64,000 nt of DNA, taken from assembly GCA_947164985.1 (NCBI GenBank), contig CAMUYI010000003.1, positions 41,378 to 105,377 of the forward strand, written 5' to 3'. The first letter of the stretch is position 1; each line of letters starts with the position of its first letter. Under the pieces are notes generated by a model. That model was not told the DNA's origin. It did not search any database and worked only from the letters and a program-made list of their open reading frames with translations. This DNA is from an uncultured Bacteroidales bacterium (lineage in GTDB: Bacteria > Bacteroidota > Bacteroidia > Bacteroidales > Paludibacteraceae). This document shows, in pieces, positions 9,225 through 18,825 of the stretch. The position numbers and the translations under genes were made by a program.

Positions 9225-9922
9225 AACGCATTGTTGTTTTCACCGGTGCCGGTGTAAGTGCCGAGAGTGGTCTGGGTACCTTTCGTGACTCGGACGGGTT
9301 GTGGGAGAAATACCGCATCGAAGATGTGTGTACCCATGAAGCATGGCTTCGTAATCCGCAGTTGTGTGTCGATTTTTACAATGCCCGCCGTAAGGACACC
9401 TTAGCGGCTCAACCGAATGCGGCGCATGTATCGATTGCGAAGTTACAAGCGGCTATCCCCGGAACACGGATTATTACGCAGAATATCGACGATCTGCACG
9501 AGCGTGCCGGTGCAACCGATGTGGTGCACTTGCATGGCGAGATCACCAAGTTGCGTTCCGAACGCAATGAGATCGCGACTGTACCGCTTGAGGGATGGGA
9601 ACAACATTACGGTGACCGTCATCCGGACGGATCGTTATTACGACCCTATATCGTCTTCTTCGGAGAAGGTGTACCGTATTTTGAGGAAGCCTGTCATATC
9701 GCTTCGCAGGCTGATATTATGGTAGTAGTGGGTACGAGTCTGAATGTCTATCCGGCAGCCAGCCTTATCCATTATGCACCGGCGAATTGTCCGATTTATT
9801 TTGTGGACCCGGGACAGCCGGAGTTCGGCATGTGGGCCGATCGTATCACCCATATCCGCAAAAAAGCCACCGAAGGTGTACCCGAATTGGTGGATAAGTT
9901 GATTAGTGAATTAGGGAATTAG
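9221..9922 (+). CDS. NAD-dependent protein deacylase (Sir2/CobB family)
   Basis: FTGAGVSAESGLGTFRDSDGLW and ITQNIDDLHERAG are sirtuin signatures. ATGA overlap with the upstream gene. Confidence 0.9.
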   Translation: MKRIVVFTGAGVSAESGLGTFRDSDGLWEKYRIEDVCTHEAWLRNPQLCVDFYNARRKDTLAAQPNAAHVSIAKLQAAIPGTRIITQNIDDLHERAGATDVVHLHGEITKLRSERNEIATVPLEGWEQHYGDRHPDGSLLRPYIVFFGEGVPYFEEACHIASQADIMVVVGTSLNVYPAASLIHYAPANCPIYFVDPGQPEFGMWADRITHIRKKATEGVPELVDKLISELGN

Positions 9923-9925
9923 AGA

Positions 9926-10297
9926 ATGAACGCACTTTATACGATTTTATTACTTTTGGCATCGAATATCTTCATGACGCTCGCTTGGTATGGTCATCTC
10001 AAACTGCAGCAGACGGGCTTTTTTAGCAATGCTACGCCCTTGATCTTCGTGATCCTGCTCTCCTGGGGAATTGCTTTTTTTGAATATTGTTTGCAGGTAC
10101 CGGCTAACCGCATGGGTTTTGAAGGGAACGGCGGTCCGTTTACTCTGATGCAGTTAAAAGTGATACAAGAGGTGATCACGTTGGTTGTGTTCGTCCTCTT
10201 CTCAGCGCTTGCTTTTCACATGGAATTGCGGTGGAATCATTTCGTAGCATGCCTGCTGCTTATCGCCGCCGTCTATTTTGTATTCGGCTTCAAATAG
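9926..10297 (+). CDS. DMT-superfamily small membrane protein (DUF486 type)
   Basis: 123 aa with 4 TM helices. LAWYGHLK and FEYCLQVPANR motifs are typical of this family. Confidence 0.75.
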   Translation: MNALYTILLLLASNIFMTLAWYGHLKLQQTGFFSNATPLIFVILLSWGIAFFEYCLQVPANRMGFEGNGGPFTLMQLKVIQEVITLVVFVLFSALAFHMELRWNHFVACLLLIAAVYFVFGFK

Positions 10298-11063
10298 GCT
10301 TCGGAAGATAATCCGTTTTGATATTTGTCATAGCTCCGTAGATGGAGTCGATGGCTTCAGGGTTAAGGGCTTTCAACTGCGATAGAAGGTCCTTTACTTT
10401 TTCTCGGGACGATACATGTTCGAAGGGGCATAATTTCGTTTGCTTCTGATAGCCCCGCATGGCTGCATAGGTGATGATATCCGCTTCGTCAATCAGGCAG
10501 AGAGGACGGATGAGTTGTATCGGCATCTTGTCTAACTGCAAAATCGGCGGCATGGTGGCGAACGTACCCTGGTAGATGAGGTTCATGAGAAGTGTCTGCG
10601 CCACATCATCGCGGTGATGCCCGAAAGCGATCTTGTTACAGCCTATCTCCTGCGCCACATTGAAGAGCGTTTTGCGTCGATACCAGGAACAGAGGAAACA
10701 GGGGGTAGTAGACCGCTGCGTTGTTAGACCGGCTTCGCCTGTTAGAGCCTCGCCGATCTCTACATCGCGTACGATAAGGGGTACGTTCAGTTCGGCACAG
10801 AAAGATTCGAGGTAGGAGAGGTCGGTATGATAATCCCGCTCTTTCACGCGCACGTGTAATGCGCTTACCTTAAATCGCGGCACGTATATGCGCGCGCGTT
10901 GTGCCAATAGTTCGGTCAATAACAACGAGTCCTTTCCTCCACTCAGACCAATAAGGATATGGTCGCCGTCGGCGATTAAACCATAGTCGGCACAGGCTTT
11001 ATGAAACCGTTTGGTGAGTCGGTCCCGCTGTTTGTCCAACGCTATTTGTTCCGGCGTCTTCAC
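10290..11063 (-). CDS. PP-loop ATPase, tRNA 2-thiocytidine (TtcA)-like
   Basis: LIGLSGGKDS PP-loop plus a CFLCSW cysteine motif. The start is GTG at 11063; I found no in-frame ATG near the N-terminus. Confidence 0.7.
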   Translation of the reverse strand: MKTPEQIALDKQRDRLTKRFHKACADYGLIADGDHILIGLSGGKDSLLLTELLAQRARIYVPRFKVSALHVRVKERDYHTDLSYLESFCAELNVPLIVRDVEIGEALTGEAGLTTQRSTTPCFLCSWYRRKTLFNVAQEIGCNKIAFGHHRDDVAQTLLMNLIYQGTFATMPPILQLDKMPIQLIRPLCLIDEADIITYAAMRGYQKQTKLCPFEHVSSREKVKDLLSQLKALNPEAIDSIYGAMTNIKTDYLPKPI

Positions 11064-11780
11064 TTATGCTTTTCGCTCCAGTTGGTTGCGTTTGTTCTGC
11101 GCGATCATATCGCTGATTTTCTGGCTGGCACCTTTTTGCAACTTAACGCAGAAATAGATGAGTACGATCGTGCATACGCTGGCAGCGATCGGATCAACAC
11201 CTCCGCTCATAGCAATCGAGTCATAGACACCATGTGCCGCAAAAGGAACCAACAGGATCTTCCATGCATTCTTGCGAGAGGGATCGACGAACGCATATAT
11301 CGCATAATAGAAGCCCATCAGGATGGCAAACGCGTAATGTCCCGGAACGGCCAGCAGGGCACGCATGACAGCAGTACTCATCCATTCTTCGCCACTCATC
11401 AGGACGTAGCCGATATTCTCTACCGTTGCAAAACCCAGACTGATGAAGACCGCATATACGATGCAATCAAAATCTTCATCAAACTCCGGACAGCGCTTGA
11501 GGAATAACCATAGGGCAAATAACTTCACGCCCTCTTCGGGCAAAGCCGCTACGAAAAAGGCCATTGTGGTAGAACCTAATAAGGTGGTAGGTTCACCCTC
11601 TCCGAAAAGGAAGAAATGGATGTACTGCTCGATCGTAGCCACCGGCATGCAGATGACCATACCTAATAAGAACGCGCGAAAGACCCAACGGAAGGGTTCG
11701 GGATGCGGATCCTTACGCCAGATGTACAAACCTAAGAACACTGCCGGTAAGACGGACGCTGCAATCATAATGCTATACAT
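11064..11780 (-). CDS. PrsW family intramembrane glutamic/metallo-protease
   Basis: Polytopic. ALPEEGVKLFAL and the GFATVEN and HGVYD blocks are typical of PrsW. Confidence 0.75.
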   Translation of the reverse strand: MYSIMIAASVLPAVFLGLYIWRKDPHPEPFRWVFRAFLLGMVICMPVATIEQYIHFFLFGEGEPTTLLGSTTMAFFVAALPEEGVKLFALWLFLKRCPEFDEDFDCIVYAVFISLGFATVENIGYVLMSGEEWMSTAVMRALLAVPGHYAFAILMGFYYAIYAFVDPSRKNAWKILLVPFAAHGVYDSIAMSGGVDPIAASVCTIVLIYFCVKLQKGASQKISDMIAQNKRNQLERKA

Positions 11781-11804
11781 ATATGCTCGATTTTTTGTGT
11801 TTCT

Positions 11805-11846
11805 CTAAAAAGAAGAGCGGGATGTGAATTACTCCACGTCCCGCTC
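11805..11846 (-). terminator. Intrinsic terminator downstream of tRNA-Leu
   Basis: 12-bp stem with one G-U pair (gagcgggatgtg 11815..11826 and cacgtcccgctc 11835..11846) and an 8-nt loop. On the minus strand it is followed by TTCTTTTT. Confidence 0.7.
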
Positions 11847-11848
11847 GG

Positions 11849-11934
11849 TACCGCGAGCCGGGGTCGAACCGGCACGCCCATCACTGGGCAAAAGATTTTA
11901 AGTCTTTCTTGTCTACCTATTCCAACATCGCGGC
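11849..11934 (-). tRNA. tRNA-Leu (anticodon UAA), class II with long variable arm
   Basis: Folded by hand on the minus strand. Acceptor gccgcga/tcgcggt; anticodon stem aaaga/tcttt with loop cTTAAaa (anticodon TAA); long variable arm gcccagtgatgggcgt; T arm gccgGTTCGAcccCggc; discriminator A. The downstream sequence gives CC but not the full CCA. Confidence 0.88.
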
Positions 11935-12086
11935 AGGGCGATTTTATCGGCTAAAATAGCCTTTTTTCTCAAGCGAGGTTCGCTTTCGATTAAAAATCGG
12001 GTGCAAAAGTACTGCTTTTTTTTTATATATGCAAGAAAAAATAAAAAATCCGTCAATTTTTACACATTTATTTACGGAAAAAGTAG

Positions 12087-12094
12087 TAATTTTG
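12087..12094 (+). promoter_or_regulatory. Candidate -7 box (TAATTTTG) for the giant surface protein gene
   Basis: Exact TAnnTTTG 27 nt upstream of the ATG at 12121. Confidence 0.5.
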
Positions 12095-12120
12095 TGCGCC
12101 TTTTGAAAAAAACACGTACT

Positions 12121-15100
12121 ATGATACACTTTACACTTAAATCAAACCATTTTTTCACTACACTCGTTTTGGGTCTCTTTTTGTCCTGCGCAATGGTAGC
12201 ACGGGGCGCAGATATTTCGCATTATGCCACCGGTTTAGAGAACGGCACAACGGGAATCATTACTAAAGACCAATGTGATGCTGCTAATGTGTCTACAGAT
12301 GTACCACGAACCGGATTAAAGTGCCTAACTACTACCGCTAATAGCAATAGTAACAGGCGGTGGTATATTACGCCGACCTTTGCTGTACCCAAGAATTCCT
12401 ATCTTCATGTAATTGGCTATACTAAATTAGAATCCACAGATGGAACTGCAGCAAGTAATAACACGCAGGCTAATGCTGATGCATATGTCGGTAGCGCAAG
12501 CAACGGAACGACCGTCAACTTAACCACCTCATGGCAGCGTATAACGGCTACTTCCGGCAAGGCCAGTTCGGACAAGACAGGTTCTACTGCTCGTTTTCTT
12601 CGTAAGCATACGGCAAAGAAGGCGGTGCTGTTTGATGATATAGTGGCGTATGTATCGACGAACAGTGAGGTGGATTTAACTGCTCCGACGCCGGCTACTT
12701 CTGCATCGGGAACAGGAACGGAACTCACATGGACTTGTGGTACGGATGCCAACACGGGTATTCAGGCTACGATGATTTGGAAACGCACCAGTGGTACGGC
12801 GGAGGATTTAACACTGAATAACCAGGGTATTTATGCGCTGGCTGCAACTGAGGGACCGAAAGTAGATCAGAGCGGACATTGGGAGTTGATTGCTGCCTCT
12901 TTAGCCGCGGATGCGACATCGTATAGCGGAACGTTTGAAGGTAATGAAGTATATGCAATCGTGCATCGCGACTTGGCATATAACTATTCATCGCCGACCT
13001 ATATAACGATTCCGGATCTCTCTACCAGAACGCTTTATCTGAAGCCCGGCACGAATTGGTCGACGAAGGGCGGTGAGGTAAGTCCGCGTTTTGCCGTTTA
13101 TTGTTTTGGCGACGGGGAAGAATGGTTCGATATGGAAGCAGTAGATGCAGGATGTGGTTCCGGCACGATCTATAAAGCTGAGGTGATGGCGCGGTATCCT
13201 AATTGTATCTTCTGTCGTATGGCTGGTGATCATCCGGACAATAGTTGGGAGAACCCGCCTTTATGGAACAAAACAGCCGACTTGACGATACCGGAGCCCA
13301 AAGCGGGTGTCTATGAAGTGCCGAATAGTGCATGGAATAGCAGCGATAACTCTCATTGGCGGACGACACCGCTCAATATCTGCGTGTCGGGTACGTGGCT
13401 TTGCTTTGCGGGCGAGCAGTTAACGTTGACGGCAACCAGTACCGGTGCTACGCATTATCAGTGGTATAAAGGCGGTACGGCAGAGAGCAATAAGATACCG
13501 GGTGCGACAACGGCTACCTATATCAACTATAATTTCGCATATGAAGACGCAGGTGATTACTATTGCAAAGCGCGAATAGGCGACGGCACGGAGGTGACGA
13601 GTGCTAAACACACGGTCAAAACGTTGCGTATGTATTTCAATAATGGTCGTGGTGGCGGAGATTATGGCTTTATGGACTTGCGCAATACAGATCCGGATCA
13701 TCAGAAGGCGACGGGCATGATTTTCCTGGGCCAAACATGGACGTATGCGTTCTGTGTAGCAGACGGAGTAGGGCATTACTACGGCTGTAATAATGATAAT
13801 GACCATAAGATGTGGAGTGGTAACTGTACGAATTGGGCGATGAATGCCGATGGCATACAATGTCTCATGTGGACTGAAAATGGAGCAACCTACACCTTCA
13901 CGGTGGATTATTCGAATTTCACCGTACCGGTTGTATCCGTGATTTATCCTCCAGACAACCAAGCTGCGGGTTATAAGATTTATTTCGATAACAGTACGGT
14001 TAATTGGGAAGATCACTTGTATTACCGTATTGGTCGTGGCGGGCGCGGTGCTACTGACCATACATGGGCAGAGCCCATTTCCAAGGTACCCGGTACAGCT
14101 AATCTATACTATCATACGACGCCGGATTATACCGACTTGGATGCATGGCATATTGCAGACAACGAGGGTAACCAGGGTAGTGGTAGCGGATATTCGATCT
14201 ATCAAACCAATACAGATGATGCTACCACAGAGATAAAGAAATCCGTGACGTATGAGGGCGGAGCTGTTATGCAAGACATCACTATTGTTCCTGTAGGCAC
14301 TCATTCTGCGGGTAGCGCCGGGTATAACAACCATTGCGAATTCTACAACTACACGATGCTTCTCGGCATGAAGACGCAGAACGTGATGGTTGATGATACG
14401 GAGCATGGTACGATCACGGTTAGTTATACGGACGTAGATGGCAATCCTCAGTCGTTCACATCGGGCGATCGCGACCTGGCGCATACGTGTATCTTGACGA
14501 TTACGGCTGAGCCGGAATGCGGTTATAAGATCTCTTCTTTGACCGTGAACGGAGTGGATTTCACGAGCGGCAATACGTTTGTTGTAGATGCACATACCAT
14601 CATCGAAGCAGAATTTGAGATAGATAGTTACACGGTGACCTTGCACCCGAACGGTGGTTTGATTTTAGCAGGTGATGTAACGGAATATACTTATGGCGTA
14701 GGCGCGACCCTGCCGACGCATATGTCGATGATTGGTAAGGACTTCAAGGGCTGGTATAATAATGCCGGTTTGACCGGAACTCCGGTGACGGAGATCACAA
14801 CCACCGACTGCGGCGACAAAGAATATTGGGCGAAATGGGAGAACGAGACTACCAAAGTCACCTATATCATCGGTTCTTGTCAAGTGACCGGTGAGGAATG
14901 GATACAAGGTCAGGATGGAAGTTATAGCGCTTGGTTGTTCAAAGGCGGAGCCACACCGGCAGCGAATACGCTCAAAGCTACTTCGGATATCAAGATTCCT
15001 TCGCTTAATAAAGCCGATCAGTGGTTCTTGACCAAAGACGTTGCGTTGCTCCCCACCAATAGCGAATGGAGCCATACGGACGATGACGATACGAAGGCTA

Positions 15101-18100
15101 ATAAGACGATACGTGCCTTTAAGTTAGGAAGCGGCAGTTCGGCGGAGTTTGACCTGAAGGATTTGCAAGCCAGCGGTATCATGTTCTATGTGTTCCCGAG
15201 TAGCAATAATGCCTACTCGGTGGATTTGACGGTGAACGGCGTGACGGAGAGTTATGCCATCCCTGCCGGTGAACAATATCAGCTACATCGTTATGACTAC
15301 TTTGGTGATACCTATACCGGCAAATTCAAAATTAAGAGCGTAGGCAAAGAGAGTAGAGTCGTGATCGTCGTGGAAGTGCCGACCGTAACAATTACATTTG
15401 ACAAGAACTCCGCGAGCGCTACCGGTACGATGGATCCGCTGGTTGTACCGAAAGGTACGCAGCCGACCTTGACGGCCAATAGTTTTGCATGGATCGACCA
15501 CGAGTTCCAATGCTGGACAGAAGGTTCGACTACCGGTCCGGAGATAGCCGATGAAGCAAAGTACACGGCTACCGACAATGTGACGCTTTACGCGAAATGG
15601 GTAGAGCGTATTGAGACAACAGTGACCTTAGATGGTACAGGTGCGACGAATGACTATACAACCTCCGTGACAGCCGTGTACACCCAAGCCATGCCGGAGA
15701 TAGCCGTACTGCCGACGAAAGAGTGGTATATTTTTGACGGCTATTTTGAGAATCCGGACGGAACAGGTACGCAGTACTATTCCTCGACAGGCGAGAGTAT
15801 TCATGCATGGGATAAGACAACGGATGCTACTATTTATGCGAAATGGACGGAGATCAAGCATGCGACCATTACGCTGGTAGCTACCGGTGCCTATAACCAT
15901 TATACATCTTCTGTGGTGGCTACCTACGAGAAGCCGATGCCGGCGATAGAGAATCTACCGTTGAGTACGACGAATGTGTTTGCCGGATATTTCACTAACC
16001 CTGATGGCACGGGTACGCAATACTATACGGCCTCCGGATCGAGTAGCAGGAATTGGGATCAAGATGGGACGGCATATACGCTGTATGCGAAATGGTTGGA
16101 TCCGTGCCAGATTCCTCCTACGCTGACTCCCGCAGCGCCTATCGTGACGATGTGGGACGGCAAGAAAGTGGATATTACGCTGGCTACCTTATCTTGCTTT
16201 GTCGATACGACGACGCTCAAATATTCGTATGTATCTGCGTCGGAAGACATCCCGGGATGCAGCTATATGTATTTCGACTCTCGTATCCATATCATTGGTA
16301 CGCCGACCTTGGGTAATACAACAGTTGTGGAGAAGACCATCATGTTTACCTTCTCGAACAATTGTGATCCGTCCAGCAGCTATACCGTAGATCAGACTAT
16401 CCGCATCTATCCGGCGGATCAGAAAGCGCGTATCGCGTTTATTCTAACCGGTAAGAAAAGTGGCGGTTTTAACGAATATACAGAAAGCGACTCGACGAGT
16501 TGTGCAGAGTTGATCAGTTATTTGAACCGGACGTATGATGTGAAGTGCGTGAACGGCTATGCGACGAAGAATACAGCGACTCTCGCATCCTACTACAATG
16601 ATTACGACCTGCTGATCGTGACCGACTTCCTAAATACAGGAGAAGGTTATACGAATGCTATCGGTACGCTGATAGACAAGAAGCCGATATTGAGTTTCGA
16701 AGCCTACGTGGCGAATCAGTCCAACTGGCATATTGGATCGAACCCGAAAGACCCGAAACCGAAAGTGCAGGACATGAAAGTCCTTTGTGCCGGTCATGCC
16801 ATCTTCGCGGATGCCAAGTATGACGAGGAGGATTTGGATTATGTAGATGTGATCAATGATGCGGACACCACCGTTCATGTACTGGACGCATTGAGTACCG
16901 CAGACAAGGCGAAAGGTTTGCAAGGTTTTACGATCAATGAAGCACCGGACTTTATCTTCCTTGCTACGATACGCGATGCGGACAATAAGCGTGATTTGGT
17001 TGTATGCTGTGAGCGCCAGGTGGTGTTCTCCGCCCGATTGATGCTATATGGTATCAACTTCTACGAGATGGGCAATTTGTCCAAGGCAGGACGTATCATC
17101 ATTCGTCAGATGATAGACTATTTATTGATGACGGATGAGACAAAGATCGCGGACTGCTCGTTGGTGTTCGACAATGGAGCCGGTAATGCGGACTTTGATG
17201 CAGCCGCCTACGTTGCAGCAGGTGGCACGGGAACGAAAGGAGATGGCTTGTGGAGTACGGCAGCTAACTGGTCTCCGGGATATAACATCATCCCTACAGC
17301 TTTTCACCCGACTCGTATTATCGCCGAATGTCATGTGAATTATGATGCAGCTCATGCCGGTAGTGTAAAAATAAACAAAGGAAGGGATGAGCATAATAAT
17401 ATAGTAGATGGCGAGTTAATCGTAGAACCGGAAGGTGGATTGACTATCGCGGGAATAGTTGCCAAAGTGAACGATACACGCTATGCTTCGCCCATCACTA
17501 TAGCGGCTGAAGATCTATTAATCAAAGCCGATGCATTCAATAATGGAGCCTTCGTTTATGGAAACAAGGAATCGGATGTACGTGCAACGGTGCAATATTA
17601 CAGTCGAGGCACAGATGCTACTACTGATGAGCCCATTTGGCAATATGTGGGTATTCCGTTCCAAGCCGGTCATACGGCGATCAATATGTACTACGCAGCA
17701 TGGATGTGCCGTTGGTCGAGCGCTACGACGGATGGTTTAGGCGGTCTATGGCAGTGGGTAGATAATGACGATGTATTGCTGCCGTTCGAGGGCTATTGTA
17801 TTACACAAGCAGCTACGAAGACATATAGTTTCAAAGGTAAACTCAATTCTCCGGTAACAACCACGCTAACCTTGGATAACCGCGATGGTGACGGTTTCGC
17901 TTTTGCGGCAAACAGCTGGACGGCACCGATCAAGATTCAAGAGATGCAGGATGCGGACTTTACAAATGCTGAGAAATCGATCTATATTTACCATTCGGGA
18001 TCGTATGCATCGTGGGATACGAATAAAGAGAATGTGATTAATACCGATGCAAGTGCTGCCGTTCCTGCGCCGGGACAATATGTGGTCATTCCGATTCATT

Positions 18101-18825
18101 CGTCTCCTTATCTTGGTGTCGATTCAGTCATTCCGGCTATGCAGGGCTTCTTCGTGAAGACCACAAGCGCCGATGCTAAACTCAAACTCGTCTATAACCG
18201 CGTGGTTTATGACGCTACGTATTTCAAGACTTCGACTCAGCCGATGCGTGCACCGAAGCATGGATATGATAAACCGGAGGTGATGGTGCTGAATGTGGTC
18301 GGAGATGCGTACGGTGATCGCGTGCATATGCTTGTGCGGAGTGACTTCTCTGAGGAATACGAAGACGGATGGGATGGACGTAAGATAGAGGGTGATGAGC
18401 ATGCTCCTAAATTGGCCGTTGTCAAAGAAGGTGGAGATATGTCAGTAGCTGCAATCCCGACGGCTGAGGAACGTTTCCTCTCTTTCCGTGCGGGTGTCGA
18501 TAGCATCTATACTTTTACCTTTAGTTACGAAGGCGAAACGATCTATCTATACGATATTCTTGCGCAGCAAGCGACGGAGATTCAAACCGGCAATACATAC
18601 ACCTTTGAGGCACGCAACAAGACGGCGGTTAATCGCTTCCTGATCACCAAAAATCCTCCCCGGATACCAACGGATATTAACAACATGGGATATTCCGAAG
18701 GAGGCGGAGATAAACCGCTGAAATTCATTTATGAAGGCGAAGTGTATGTGCTTCGCGGAGGTGTAATATACGACATGACGGGAAGACGGGTTGCTCCCCT
18801 TGAAAGAAAGGAGGGTGAGCAATGA
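12121..18825 (+). CDS. Giant secreted/cell-surface mosaic protein (2234 aa) with an Ig-like module and four Listeria-Bacteroides (InlB B-repeat, Flg_new type) repeats
   Basis: Start reset to the ATG at 12121 (MIHFTLKSNHFFTTLVLGLFLSCAMVARG, signal peptide, downstream of the promoter). Ig-like motif YQWYKGG...YEDAGDYYCKA lies at about 13455..13575. Four repeats of the type ..Y.VT....G......Y......LP.....G..F.GW.......G.......T..LYAKW lie at about 14635..16095. The C-terminal tail KFIYEGEVYVLRGGVIYDMTGRRV is shared with two other secreted proteins in this window. Confidence 0.8.
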   Translation: MIHFTLKSNHFFTTLVLGLFLSCAMVARGADISHYATGLENGTTGIITKDQCDAANVSTDVPRTGLKCLTTTANSNSNRRWYITPTFAVPKNSYLHVIGYTKLESTDGTAASNNTQANADAYVGSASNGTTVNLTTSWQRITATSGKASSDKTGSTARFLRKHTAKKAVLFDDIVAYVSTNSEVDLTAPTPATSASGTGTELTWTCGTDANTGIQATMIWKRTSGTAEDLTLNNQGIYALAATEGPKVDQSGHWELIAASLAADATSYSGTFEGNEVYAIVHRDLAYNYSSPTYITIPDLSTRTLYLKPGTNWSTKGGEVSPRFAVYCFGDGEEWFDMEAVDAGCGSGTIYKAEVMARYPNCIFCRMAGDHPDNSWENPPLWNKTADLTIPEPKAGVYEVPNSAWNSSDNSHWRTTPLNICVSGTWLCFAGEQLTLTATSTGATHYQWYKGGTAESNKIPGATTATYINYNFAYEDAGDYYCKARIGDGTEVTSAKHTVKTLRMYFNNGRGGGDYGFMDLRNTDPDHQKATGMIFLGQTWTYAFCVADGVGHYYGCNNDNDHKMWSGNCTNWAMNADGIQCLMWTENGATYTFTVDYSNFTVPVVSVIYPPDNQAAGYKIYFDNSTVNWEDHLYYRIGRGGRGATDHTWAEPISKVPGTANLYYHTTPDYTDLDAWHIADNEGNQGSGSGYSIYQTNTDDATTEIKKSVTYEGGAVMQDITIVPVGTHSAGSAGYNNHCEFYNYTMLLGMKTQNVMVDDTEHGTITVSYTDVDGNPQSFTSGDRDLAHTCILTITAEPECGYKISSLTVNGVDFTSGNTFVVDAHTIIEAEFEIDSYTVTLHPNGGLILAGDVTEYTYGVGATLPTHMSMIGKDFKGWYNNAGLTGTPVTEITTTDCGDKEYWAKWENETTKVTYIIGSCQVTGEEWIQGQDGSYSAWLFKGGATPAANTLKATSDIKIPSLNKADQWFLTKDVALLPTNSEWSHTDDDDTKANKTIRAFKLGSGSSAEFDLKDLQASGIMFYVFPSSNNAYSVDLTVNGVTESYAIPAGEQYQLHRYDYFGDTYTGKFKIKSVGKESRVVIVVEVPTVTITFDKNSASATGTMDPLVVPKGTQPTLTANSFAWIDHEFQCWTEGSTTGPEIADEAKYTATDNVTLYAKWVERIETTVTLDGTGATNDYTTSVTAVYTQAMPEIAVLPTKEWYIFDGYFENPDGTGTQYYSSTGESIHAWDKTTDATIYAKWTEIKHATITLVATGAYNHYTSSVVATYEKPMPAIENLPLSTTNVFAGYFTNPDGTGTQYYTASGSSSRNWDQDGTAYTLYAKWLDPCQIPPTLTPAAPIVTMWDGKKVDITLATLSCFVDTTTLKYSYVSASEDIPGCSYMYFDSRIHIIGTPTLGNTTVVEKTIMFTFSNNCDPSSSYTVDQTIRIYPADQKARIAFILTGKKSGGFNEYTESDSTSCAELISYLNRTYDVKCVNGYATKNTATLASYYNDYDLLIVTDFLNTGEGYTNAIGTLIDKKPILSFEAYVANQSNWHIGSNPKDPKPKVQDMKVLCAGHAIFADAKYDEEDLDYVDVINDADTTVHVLDALSTADKAKGLQGFTINEAPDFIFLATIRDADNKRDLVVCCERQVVFSARLMLYGINFYEMGNLSKAGRIIIRQMIDYLLMTDETKIADCSLVFDNGAGNADFDAAAYVAAGGTGTKGDGLWSTAANWSPGYNIIPTAFHPTRIIAECHVNYDAAHAGSVKINKGRDEHNNIVDGELIVEPEGGLTIAGIVAKVNDTRYASPITIAAEDLLIKADAFNNGAFVYGNKESDVRATVQYYSRGTDATTDEPIWQYVGIPFQAGHTAINMYYAAWMCRWSSATTDGLGGLWQWVDNDDVLLPFEGYCITQAATKTYSFKGKLNSPVTTTLTLDNRDGDGFAFAANSWTAPIKIQEMQDADFTNAEKSIYIYHSGSYASWDTNKENVINTDASAAVPAPGQYVVIPIHSSPYLGVDSVIPAMQGFFVKTTSADAKLKLVYNRVVYDATYFKTSTQPMRAPKHGYDKPEVMVLNVVGDAYGDRVHMLVRSDFSEEYEDGWDGRKIEGDEHAPKLAVVKEGGDMSVAAIPTAEERFLSFRAGVDSIYTFTFSYEGETIYLYDILAQQATEIQTGNTYTFEARNKTAVNRFLITKNPPRIPTDINNMGYSEGGGDKPLKFIYEGEVYVLRGGVIYDMTGRRVAPLERKEGEQ

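Noticed and set aside
12001-12120. Upstream extensions and TTG starts proposed by the ORF track (12001, 38004, 37948, 4620, 6797, 8310, 19526, 23588, 61572).
   Set aside because: The extensions either overlap the preceding gene, lie upstream of the TAnnTTTG promoter box, or precede a clear signal peptide or conserved N-terminus that starts at an internal ATG.
11849-12120. tRNA-Leu as the integration site of an island carrying the giant surface-protein gene.
   Set aside because: The giant gene lies on the 5' side of the tRNA, whereas integrative elements normally target the 3' end. I saw no integrase gene and no direct repeat of the tRNA 3' end.
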